Source of the DNA: an uncultured Gemmatimonadales bacterium
GTDB taxonomy: Bacteria; Gemmatimonadota; Gemmatimonadetes; Gemmatimonadales; GWC2-71-9
Length of the DNA: 64,000 nt
NCBI GenBank assembly: GCA_963795085.1
Contig: CAWCFX010000004.1
Location: forward strand, 576,001-640,000
Direction: 5' to 3'
How positions within the stretch are numbered: the stretch's first letter is position 1; every line of letters begins with the position of its first letter. The translations under genes and the position numbers were made by a program. Below the pieces are notes generated by a model. It searched no databases and was not told where the DNA came from. It saw only the letters and a list, made by a program, of their open reading frames with translations. Positions 38,640 to 46,909 of the stretch are shown piece by piece.

Positions 38640-39700
38640 TGACCACCCGGGTTCGGCTTGACCGGATTGCCTCCTCCACCCGGAACGCCAACCTGGCCTC
38701 CGAGGTGATGGTCGGTCCCGAGATCGTCTCCGAAGAGGGTTACCTGCTCGCGGTGCGGATACTCGCGGACAAGTCTTCCTACAACTCGGTGGAGGATCTC
38801 TCGGGGCGGATGGTCTCCCTCCGCGGGGGCGATGTGCTGGCCGGAACCCTGGGCAGCCGCCGCGCCCTTCGGGGATACGCCGGCATCGTGCCGGAGCGCC
38901 TGGTCCCCGGCGAAACGATCGAGGTGCTGAACCTCGGCGGCATCCTGGGACGCTGCACGTCGATCAATCCCGACATCGGCCCGCCGTTCCAGGCCGAGGT
39001 GCTGGGTGCCATACTCACCTTTCCCGCGCTGGGCGACCGGGTCGGCCGCCCGGCCCACATCCGCGAGCACTCGATCCCGCCGGCCGACCGGCTCGATGCC
39101 GCGATCCCGGTGGTGTATGTCGCCGGGACCTGCATGAACGCGGGGAAGACCGTCGCCGCCACCGAGCTGGTCCGGGGGATGACCCGGTCGGGCCTGCGGG
39201 TGGCGGCCGCCAAGCTCACCGGGGTCTCGTTGATGCGGGACGCCCTGGCGATGACCGATGCCGGCGCGATTACCGCCGCCACTTTCAACGACGCTGGCAT
39301 CGCCACCACCCGCGCCGGCATGACGGTGCCGGTGGCCCGCGGCATCTTCAACCGGCTGGCCACCAGCAAGCCTGACGTGATTGTCGCCGAACTGGGCGAC
39401 GGCATCCTCGGCGAGTACGGGGTCCAGGACATCCTGCGCGACCCGTCGCTCACCGGGGTGGGCGCCGCCTATGTCATGGCCGCGCCCGATCCGGTGGGAT
39501 GCTGGGGCGCCGCCCAGCTGATGACGCATAGCTTCCACCTGCCGATCACCGTGTTCACCGGTCCCGCCACCGATAACGAAGTGGGGCGGGACTACATCCG
39601 GAACGCGCTCGAGCTTCCCGCCCACAATGCCCTGCGGGACAGCGGGGGACTGACCCAGGTCGTGCTTGCCGCCCTCGCCTCGAACCTGGTGACCGCGTGA
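38636..39700 (+). CDS. DUF1611/DgcN-like P-loop protein, candidate glutamate N-acyltransferase
   Basis: VAGTCMNAGKT P-loop, AAKLTG, DAG, VAELGDG. Overlaps both the argG stop and the argC start. Confidence 0.65.
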   Translation: MMTTRVRLDRIASSTRNANLASEVMVGPEIVSEEGYLLAVRILADKSSYNSVEDLSGRMVSLRGGDVLAGTLGSRRALRGYAGIVPERLVPGETIEVLNLGGILGRCTSINPDIGPPFQAEVLGAILTFPALGDRVGRPAHIREHSIPPADRLDAAIPVVYVAGTCMNAGKTVAATELVRGMTRSGLRVAAAKLTGVSLMRDALAMTDAGAITAATFNDAGIATTRAGMTVPVARGIFNRLATSKPDVIVAELGDGILGEYGVQDILRDPSLTGVGAAYVMAAPDPVGCWGAAQLMTHSFHLPITVFTGPATDNEVGRDYIRNALELPAHNALRDSGGLTQVVLAALASNLVTA

Positions 39701-40725
39701 AAGCCGTCGTCATCGGAGCCGCCGGATATGTCGGCGGCGAGTTGCTGCGGCTCCTGCTGCAGCACCCGGAGGTGACCATTTGTTCGGCAGTAAGCCGGAG
39801 CCAGGCCGGCAAGGCGCTGGGCGAGATTCATCCCGGGCTGCTGGGCCTGACCGACAGCGTCTTCAGCGGGGCGAGCCCCGCCGAGGCGGCCCGGGAAGCC
39901 GATGTGGTCTTCCTGTCCCTCGAGCACGGCGAGAGTTCCCGGATCGCGGCGGAACTCTTTGCCAACCCTCCCGCGCTGGTGGTGGACCTGGCGGCGGATT
40001 TCCGGGTGCCCCAGGTGCCGCTCTACGAGCGGTACTACGGCGCTCACCCTTCGCCCGACTTGCTGTCCCGATTTCAGTACGGCCTCGCCGATGTGCGGGG
40101 GACCGAACTGCGGGGCGCCCGGGCGATCGCGGTCCCCGGCTGTTTCGCGACCGCCGCCCAGCTGGCGCTCTACCCGCTGGCCGGCATCGTGGACGACGGG
40201 CCGGCCCTCTTCGCGATTACCGGCTCGAGTGGGAGCGGGGTGCATCCCCGGGCGACCACCCATCACCCGGCGCGCGCCAATAATGTATTCGCCTACTCTG
40301 TGCTCTCTCACCGGCACGAGGCCGAAATCCTGGGCCAGTGGCGGGCCTGGACCGGCCGGGAAGATGCGTCGGTCCGCCTGATGACCCATTCGGGCCCCTT
40401 CGTCCGGGGGATCTATCTCACCCTTCGGGCGACTCGGCGGGCGGGCGGGTCCGCGCAGGAGCCCGCCGCCTGTTTCGAACGCACCTACGCCGGGCGGCCC
40501 TTCGTGCGGCTGCTTTCCCAGCCACCGGAGCTGACCCATGCTGTCGGCGGCAACAGCGCGCTTATCCACGTGGCCGCCGATGCGGCCGGCGCCGACATCC
40601 AGGTGTCGGTGGCCATTGATAACCTCATCAAAGGCGCCGGGGGCCAGGGGGTGCAGGCCATGAACCTGGCGCTGGGCTTGTCCGAGACGGCCGGGCTGCC
40701 GGCCGGGGGAATGTTCCCATGCTGA
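39697..40725 (+). CDS. argC: N-acyl-gamma-glutamyl-phosphate reductase
   Basis: IGAAGYVGGEL, DLAADFR, catalytic PGCFAT, HRHEAEI, IDNLIKGAGGQGVQAMN. Confidence 0.95.
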   Translation: MKAVVIGAAGYVGGELLRLLLQHPEVTICSAVSRSQAGKALGEIHPGLLGLTDSVFSGASPAEAAREADVVFLSLEHGESSRIAAELFANPPALVVDLAADFRVPQVPLYERYYGAHPSPDLLSRFQYGLADVRGTELRGARAIAVPGCFATAAQLALYPLAGIVDDGPALFAITGSSGSGVHPRATTHHPARANNVFAYSVLSHRHEAEILGQWRAWTGREDASVRLMTHSGPFVRGIYLTLRATRRAGGSAQEPAACFERTYAGRPFVRLLSQPPELTHAVGGNSALIHVAADAAGADIQVSVAIDNLIKGAGGQGVQAMNLALGLSETAGLPAGGMFPC

Positions 40726-41897
40726 CGACGCCCGGAGCCCAGGTGGCCCCACGGCGCGGCGCCGCGCTGCTTCCGGTGTACGCGCCGATGCCGCTTCGGG
40801 CCCGGTCCGGCCATGGGTCCTGGCTGGTGGACGAGGACGGTAACCGGTGGCTCGATGCCTATGGCGGCCATGCCGTGTCCTCTACCGGGCACTGTCATCC
40901 CCGGGTGGTCCAGGCCATCGCCGACCAGGCCGCGACCCTGCTGTTCTATTCGACCGCGGTGCCTCACGCTGCGCGGGAGGAGTTTGCCGACCGGCTGGCC
41001 GCCCTCTGTCCTCCGCAGCTGGACCGGGTTTTCCTGTGCAACTCGGGCGCGGAGGCGAACGAGAATGCCCTGCATTTGGCCCGGCGTTTCACCGGCCGCC
41101 AGCAGGTGGTGACCCTGGAGGGCGGCTGGCACGGCCGGACCGCGGCGACCCTGGCCTGTTGTGACGGCGCCCGATACGAGGCTGGCGCCCGCCGGGCCGG
41201 AATGCCCCTTTCCCGCCGCGCGGCGTTCAACGACCTGGACAGTCTCGCCCAGGTTCTCGACGATTCGGCTGCGGCGTTGCTGCTGGAGCCGGTGCAGGGC
41301 ATGGCCGGGGCCCGCGATTGTACCAGGGAGTTTCTCCAGGGCGCCCGCCGGCTCTGCGATGAGCGCCGGGTGGTGCTGATCTTTGACGAGATCCAGTGTG
41401 GCGCCGGCCGGAGCGGCCATTTCACCGCGGCCGAAGCGTTCGGGGTCACGCCGGACATTGTCACCATGGCCAAGGGTCTCGCGTCGGGCCTGCCGATCGG
41501 CGCGGTGGTCGCGTCCCGGCGGGTGACCGACGATCTCAAAGTGGGCGACCTCGGGAGTACCTTCGGCGGCGGACCGGTCCCCTGCGCGGCCGGCATCGCT
41601 ACCCTGGATGTGATCCGGGACGAAGCGCTGCTCCACAACGTCCAGGCGGTCGAGCGGCGGATCCGGGAGGGTGCCCTCCGCTTGGGGATTCCGGTGCAGG
41701 GGAAGGGGTTGTTGCTCGGGCTCCGGCTGGGCCGGCCCGCCACACCGGTCCAGCAATCCCTGTTCGAGCGTCGGATACTCACGGGGACTTCTTCCGATCC
41801 CGAAGTGCTCCGCCTGCTGCCGCCGCTGACTTTTTCCGAGGCCGAGGCCGGCCTGCTGCTGGATAACCTCGCCGCTTCCCTGGAGGCGCGGCCATGA
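40719..41897 (+). CDS. argD: Acylornithine aminotransferase (class III)
   Basis: CNSGAEANE, WHGRT, LIFDEIQCG.GRSG, PLP lysine in MAKGLASG, STFGG. Confidence 0.92.
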   Translation: MLTTPGAQVAPRRGAALLPVYAPMPLRARSGHGSWLVDEDGNRWLDAYGGHAVSSTGHCHPRVVQAIADQAATLLFYSTAVPHAAREEFADRLAALCPPQLDRVFLCNSGAEANENALHLARRFTGRQQVVTLEGGWHGRTAATLACCDGARYEAGARRAGMPLSRRAAFNDLDSLAQVLDDSAAALLLEPVQGMAGARDCTREFLQGARRLCDERRVVLIFDEIQCGAGRSGHFTAAEAFGVTPDIVTMAKGLASGLPIGAVVASRRVTDDLKVGDLGSTFGGGPVPCAAGIATLDVIRDEALLHNVQAVERRIREGALRLGIPVQGKGLLLGLRLGRPATPVQQSLFERRILTGTSSDPEVLRLLPPLTFSEAEAGLLLDNLAASLEARP

Positions 41898-42904
41898 CCA
41901 AGCGCGATTTCCTTGCCGTGGAAGACTGGTCGCCTGCCCAGATCACCGCCCTTCTCGACCTGGCCGACCGGGTCAAGCGGGGCGAGGTGAGCGGCGGCCT
42001 GGAGCGGAAGGTCATGTCGCTGGTGTTCATGGATCCGAGCCTGCGGACCCGGGCCAGTTTCGAGGCGGCGATGTTCCTGCATGGCGGGCACGCCATTGTG
42101 TTGGAGCCGGGCAAGGGCAGCTGGACCCTGGAGACGGAGCCGGGCGCGGTCATGGACGGCGCCTCGGTCGAGCATATCGCCGATGCGGCCCGGGTGCTGG
42201 GGCGCTATGCCGACGTTGTCGGCGTGCGGAGCTTTCCCCGGGGGAGCGACTGGCAGGTGGCCCGCCAGGACCGGGTCATCCGCAACTTCGCCCGCTACTG
42301 CGAGAAGCCGGTGATCAACCTCGAGTCCTCGCGGCGGCACCCCTGCCAGGAGCTGGCGGACGCGATGACGCTGCGGGAGACCCTGGGGGATACCCGCGGC
42401 AAGCGCTTCGTGCTGAGCTGGGCCTGGCACCCCAAGGCCCTCCCGACGGCGGTGCCGGTGAGCGCCGCGCTGGCCGCGGCCCGGCTGGGTATGGAAATCG
42501 TGATCGCGCGGCCCGAAGGGTATGAGCTGGATCCGGATGATACCGCGCTCATCCGGCAGGTCACCCGGGAGTCCGGCGGCCAGGCGGTCCACATCATCAA
42601 CGACCCCGATGAAGCGCTGGTGGGTGCCGACGCGGTCTATGTCAAATCATGGGGCTCGTTGAAGCTGTACGGAAAACCCGACGAGGAGCAGGCCCTCCGC
42701 CACGGCCACCGTGACTGGAAGCTGACCGAGTCCCGCCGCCGCTCCAGCCGGGGAAGCAAGGGAGTCGTGATGCATTGCCTGCCGGTGCGGCGTAACGTGG
42801 AGATCGACGACGAAGTCCTCGACGGTCCCCACTCGGTGGTGGTGGACCAGGCCGAAAACCGGCTCCATGTCCAGCGGGCGCTCCTGCTGGAGATGCTCCG
42901 ATGA
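41894..42904 (+). CDS. argF': N-acyl(succinyl/acetyl)-ornithine carbamoyltransferase
   Basis: SLRT carbamoyl-phosphate site, W.LE....MDG...EH loop, HPCQ, WAWHPKALP proline-rich loop, HCLPVRRN. These mark the AOTCase/SOTCase family rather than classical OTCase. Confidence 0.92.
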   Translation: MTKRDFLAVEDWSPAQITALLDLADRVKRGEVSGGLERKVMSLVFMDPSLRTRASFEAAMFLHGGHAIVLEPGKGSWTLETEPGAVMDGASVEHIADAARVLGRYADVVGVRSFPRGSDWQVARQDRVIRNFARYCEKPVINLESSRRHPCQELADAMTLRETLGDTRGKRFVLSWAWHPKALPTAVPVSAALAAARLGMEIVIARPEGYELDPDDTALIRQVTRESGGQAVHIINDPDEALVGADAVYVKSWGSLKLYGKPDEEQALRHGHRDWKLTESRRRSSRGSKGVVMHCLPVRRNVEIDDEVLDGPHSVVVDQAENRLHVQRALLLEMLR

Positions 42905-42966
42905 GCGGCCGGCCGGGTGGGGTGCCGGGGACGGCGGGGCGGAAAACCGATACCGGAGAGACCAGG

Positions 42967-43899
42967 GTGATCGATTCAGCGAAGGGGGTGGTGGGACTCA
43001 AGGGCGCGTTGCGGTACGTGCGGGCCTACCGGGACAATATCTTCGTGCTCAAGCTGGGCGGAGACGTGGCGGGCGAGAGCGATACGCTGGACCATGTCGC
43101 CGCGCAGGTCGCCCTGCTTTCGTCCCTGGGCATCAAGCTGGTCATCGTGCACGGCGGCGGCCCCCAGGCCACCCGGGTGAGCCGCCGGCTGGGATTCGAG
43201 CCGCGGATGGTGAACGGCCGCCGGGTGACCGACGATTCCGCGCTGGAAGTGGCCAAGATGGTGTACGCCGGCACCATCAACGTGGACGTCGTGGCGGCCC
43301 TGCGGAGCCACGAAGTCCAGGCGGTGGGCCTCTCCGGCGTGGACGCCGACCTGCTGACCGCGCACCGGCGCCCACCGGTGACGGTGGCCACCGCCGGAGG
43401 GGGCAGCGAACTGGTGGACTACGGCCATGTCGGTGATCTCGACGGGGTGGATCCGCGGGTCCTGCACACCCTGCTGGCCGGCCGGTTCGTCCCCGTCATC
43501 GCCAGCCTGGCCGGCGACCAGGACGGCAACATCTTCAACGTCAACGCCGACACCGTGGCCGAGTCGCTGGCGGTATCACTCCAGGCCCAGAAACTCATCT
43601 TTCTCACTGGCGCGCCCGGTATTCTCCGGGACCGGAACGACGACTCGACCCTGGTCGCCTTTGCCGATCCGGAAGAGCTGGGCGCCCTGATGGCCGCCGG
43701 CGCGATCCAGGGCGGCATGCTGCCCAAGGTCGAAGCGTGCATCCGCGCGGCGACCAACGGGGTCGAGCGGACCCACATCATCGGCGGGAAGGGCACCGAC
43801 GCGCTGCTGCTGGAGGTGTTCACCGGGGCCGGGTGCGGCACCATGATCGTGGGGCGCAAGGAAAAGGCCGCCTATCTCGATGTCGATCTCGCCGACTGA
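42967..43899 (+). CDS. argB: Acylglutamate kinase
   Basis: VLKLGG, VHGGGPQ, GRRVTD, NVNAD, GGMLPKV. Probable GTG 42967; alternative ATG 42901. Confidence 0.93.
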   Translation: MIDSAKGVVGLKGALRYVRAYRDNIFVLKLGGDVAGESDTLDHVAAQVALLSSLGIKLVIVHGGGPQATRVSRRLGFEPRMVNGRRVTDDSALEVAKMVYAGTINVDVVAALRSHEVQAVGLSGVDADLLTAHRRPPVTVATAGGGSELVDYGHVGDLDGVDPRVLHTLLAGRFVPVIASLAGDQDGNIFNVNADTVAESLAVSLQAQKLIFLTGAPGILRDRNDDSTLVAFADPEELGALMAAGAIQGGMLPKVEACIRAATNGVERTHIIGGKGTDALLLEVFTGAGCGTMIVGRKEKAAYLDVDLAD

Positions 43900-44962
43900 G
43901 ATCGCGCTGCTCCGCGACCTGGTCGCCACCCCTTCGGTCAGCGGGACCGAAGAGGCGGCCGGTCAGCTGGTGGAGACGGTCGCCCGGCAATGGGGTCTCG
44001 ACGTGGTGCGCGATGATGCCGGGGTGCGGATCGAAGTGGATTTCGGGGGCGGCGGGCCTACCCTCGCCCTGGTCAGCCATCTCGACGTGGTACCGCCGGG
44101 CGAAGGATGGACCCGCGATCCGTTCACCCCGGTGGTCGAGAACGGCCGCCTGTACGGGCGCGGCTCCGGCGACGCCAAGGCCTCGGTCGCGGCGATGCTG
44201 ACGGCGGCGCGGGACACGGCGGGGGATCGCTCCGGTGCCGCCGGGCGGCTGCTGGTCCTCCTGGGGTACGGCGAAGAGACCCACGACACCACGATGGCGG
44301 AAGCCGTACGCCGGTCCGGAACCATCGATGCGGCGGTGATCGGTGAGCCAACCAATCTCGAGGTCGCGGTAGCCCAGCGGGGCCTGCTGATGATCGACCT
44401 GGTGGCCCGGGGCAGCCAGCGACACGCCGCCTATGCCGGAGACGGCACCTTCACCAATGCCCTCGAGGTGCTGGCCCGGGACCTCGGCGCGCTGGGCGCC
44501 CTCTGCCGCGACCGGCCCCACCCGGTGCTCGGCCATCCCACGATCACCCCGACGATGGTCAGCGCCGGGGTGAGCCGCAACGTCACTCCGCCGACGGCCA
44601 CCGCGATCCTCGATGTGCGCAGCACGCCGAACTGGACCCATGAAGAGCTGGCAGAGGCTATCACGCTGGTCGTGAAATCGGAGGTCGTGGTGACGTCGGA
44701 CCGGCTGGTGCCCTGCGAGACTCCGGCGCCCTCGCGCCTCCTCGAGGCGGCGCTGGAGGTCCGGCCCGGGGCGGGGCGCTACGGCAGTCCTACCTGTTCG
44801 GACTGGGTCTTTCTCCGGCACGTGGACGCCTTCAAGTGTGGCCCGGGCACCAGCAAGGTTTCGCACACGCCGGACGAATGGGTCGCCCTGGCCGAGGTGA
44901 CCGAGGCGAGGTCATTCTACGGCAGGCTGGTGAAGACTTACCTCAATGCGGCGGCCCGATGA
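43880..44962 (+). CDS. argE: M20 deacylase (acylornithine/acylcitrulline deacylase)
   Basis: SHLDVVP, LYGRGSGDAK, GEE, IGEPT, HTPDE. Confidence 0.88.
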   Translation: MSISPTEIALLRDLVATPSVSGTEEAAGQLVETVARQWGLDVVRDDAGVRIEVDFGGGGPTLALVSHLDVVPPGEGWTRDPFTPVVENGRLYGRGSGDAKASVAAMLTAARDTAGDRSGAAGRLLVLLGYGEETHDTTMAEAVRRSGTIDAAVIGEPTNLEVAVAQRGLLMIDLVARGSQRHAAYAGDGTFTNALEVLARDLGALGALCRDRPHPVLGHPTITPTMVSAGVSRNVTPPTATAILDVRSTPNWTHEELAEAITLVVKSEVVVTSDRLVPCETPAPSRLLEAALEVRPGAGRYGSPTCSDWVFLRHVDAFKCGPGTSKVSHTPDEWVALAEVTEARSFYGRLVKTYLNAAAR

Positions 44963-46347
44963 AACCTGCACCGAAGCGGCCTACCCTGTGGGCCGCCCAT
45001 GCCACGCCGGACCCGGCCATGCTGGCCTACACCGCGGGCTCCGACCAGGCCTGGGATGCCCGGCTGCTGCCCTGGGACATCCTCGGCAGCCTGGGCCACG
45101 TCGAAGGCCTCGCCGCCTCCCGCCTGATCACCGGGCCTGACCGGGTCCGGCTGCAGCGGGCGCTGCGGTCCGCGCTGCGCGCCGCGGACCGAGGGTCGTT
45201 GGCGCTCGCGCCGGGCGACGAAGACGTCCACACCGCGGTGGAGAACTGGCTGACGGCCAGGTTCGGCCGGGTGGGCGAGATGGTCCATGCGGGCCGCTCC
45301 CGCAACGACCAGGTCGCTTGCGACTTGCGGCTCTACCTCAAAGCCCGGGTGCTCGCGCTGCATGCCCGGGGCCGGGGCGTGGTGCGCCAGCTGCTCGCCT
45401 TTGCCGCCCGGGAGCGGCGCTCGCTCTGGCCGGGCTACACCCACACCCGCCGGGCGATGCCCTCATCCGCGGCGCTCTGGGCGGCGGGGATCGCCGAGGG
45501 GTTGCTGGAAACGCTCGACGCGGCGCCGGCGTTGTGGGGACAGGTGGATCGTTCGCCCCTGGGGAGCGCGGCGGGGTATGGCGTCCCTCTCCCGTTGAAC
45601 CGGGAGGCCGCGGCGCGCGCGCTCGGATTCGGCGGACTCGACCACGCGGTGACCAGCACCCAGAACAGCCGCGGCCGCATCGAAGCGGCGGCGCTCTTCT
45701 GGTGCGCGCAGATTGCCCACGAGCTGGCCCGGTTGTCGGCGGACGTGATTCTCTTCAGCGCGGAAGAGTTCGGCTTCCTGGAGCTTCCCGCCGCGTTCGC
45801 GACCGGTTCCAGCATCATGCCCCACAAGAAGAACCCCGACCTGTTCGAAGTGACCCGGGCCCGCGCCGGGCTGGTCGAGGGTGACCTGGCTTCCGTGCTG
45901 GCCGTTCGGGGCAAGCTGACCAGCGGCTATCATCGCGACTACCAGCTGCTGAAGGAGCCGCTCTTCCGGGGGCTCGACCGGACGGAGGAAATGCTCGCCA
46001 TGCTGGAGCGGGTGATTCCGGCGCTGGTCGTCGCGCGCGGCCGGGCCCGCGCCGCGGTCTCCGGCGACCTGCTGGCGACCGACGAAGTCATGCGGCGGGT
46101 GGAGCGGGGGACGCCGTTCCGCCGGGCTTACCGCGAGGTCGCGCGCCTGCTGGCGGACGGCGAGCCGCCCGAGTCCGCGTCTCCCGGCGCGGTGCTCGCG
46201 CGGCGGCGTTCCACCGGCGGGATTGGGAATCCGGGCCTGCCGGTGCTGGCCCGAAGGCTCCGCGCCCGGGAGCAGTGGGAGAACCGGGAACGCACGCGGT
46301 TCTTCACCGCCATGACCCGGCTGGCCGGACGGAGGGTGGGTGAGTAG
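44959..46347 (+). CDS. argH: Argininosuccinate lyase
   Basis: EDVHT, HAGRSRNDQV, PGYTH, GSSIMPHKKNPD. Confidence 0.95.
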   Translation: MKPAPKRPTLWAAHATPDPAMLAYTAGSDQAWDARLLPWDILGSLGHVEGLAASRLITGPDRVRLQRALRSALRAADRGSLALAPGDEDVHTAVENWLTARFGRVGEMVHAGRSRNDQVACDLRLYLKARVLALHARGRGVVRQLLAFAARERRSLWPGYTHTRRAMPSSAALWAAGIAEGLLETLDAAPALWGQVDRSPLGSAAGYGVPLPLNREAAARALGFGGLDHAVTSTQNSRGRIEAAALFWCAQIAHELARLSADVILFSAEEFGFLELPAAFATGSSIMPHKKNPDLFEVTRARAGLVEGDLASVLAVRGKLTSGYHRDYQLLKEPLFRGLDRTEEMLAMLERVIPALVVARGRARAAVSGDLLATDEVMRRVERGTPFRRAYREVARLLADGEPPESASPGAVLARRRSTGGIGNPGLPVLARRLRAREQWENRERTRFFTAMTRLAGRRVGE

Positions 46348-46780
46348 CGAACGGAGGAAACGGCATCTTCGCATCCTGGAGCTGATCACCACGCGCCCGG
46401 TCCGCACCCAGGACGAACTCGCCGCGGCGCTGTCGTCCGAAGGATGGAAAGTCACCCAGTCGAGCGTGAGCCGGGATATCGCCGTGCTGGGCCTGGTCAA
46501 GTCGGGGGGGGCCTATCGCCGGGGCCTGCCCCGGGTCCCGGCCGACCCCGACGAGCAGCGCATCAGCGAGGGCGTGCTTTCGGTGGAACGGGCCGGTGAT
46601 GCGTTGCTGGTGGTGCACACCCCGCCCGGGGAGGCCAACCGGGTGGCCGTGGCCCTGGACCGGCTGGCGTGGAACGATGTCATGGGCACCATTGCCGGCG
46701 ACGACACCCTCTTCATCGCGGTGCGGGACCGGGCCAGCCAGACCCGGGTCCACCGGCAGCTGACCAAGATGAGTCCCTGA
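46340..46780 (+). CDS. argR: Arginine repressor
   Basis: TQDEL, VTQSSVSRDI, GTIAGDDT. Confidence 0.95.
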   Translation: MSSERRKRHLRILELITTRPVRTQDELAAALSSEGWKVTQSSVSRDIAVLGLVKSGGAYRRGLPRVPADPDEQRISEGVLSVERAGDALLVVHTPPGEANRVAVALDRLAWNDVMGTIAGDDTLFIAVRDRASQTRVHRQLTKMSP

Positions 46781-46909
46781 CCTGTTGTCCCATAAGGCCT
46801 TACAAGATCCTTCCCCGACCTCATGATTCCTCGCTGACCTGCCGATAATCCTGGTATTCCCGGGCCCTTCCCCCCCCTCGCCCGGAAAGCCGCCGCATCC
46901 GGTGCAGTC

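Noticed and set aside
37443..46780. LysW/amino-group-carrier type arginine or lysine pathway
   Set aside because: No small LysW ORF (EDWGE C-terminus) and no RimK/LysX ATP-grasp ligase. The transcarbamylase is of the acyl-ornithine type.
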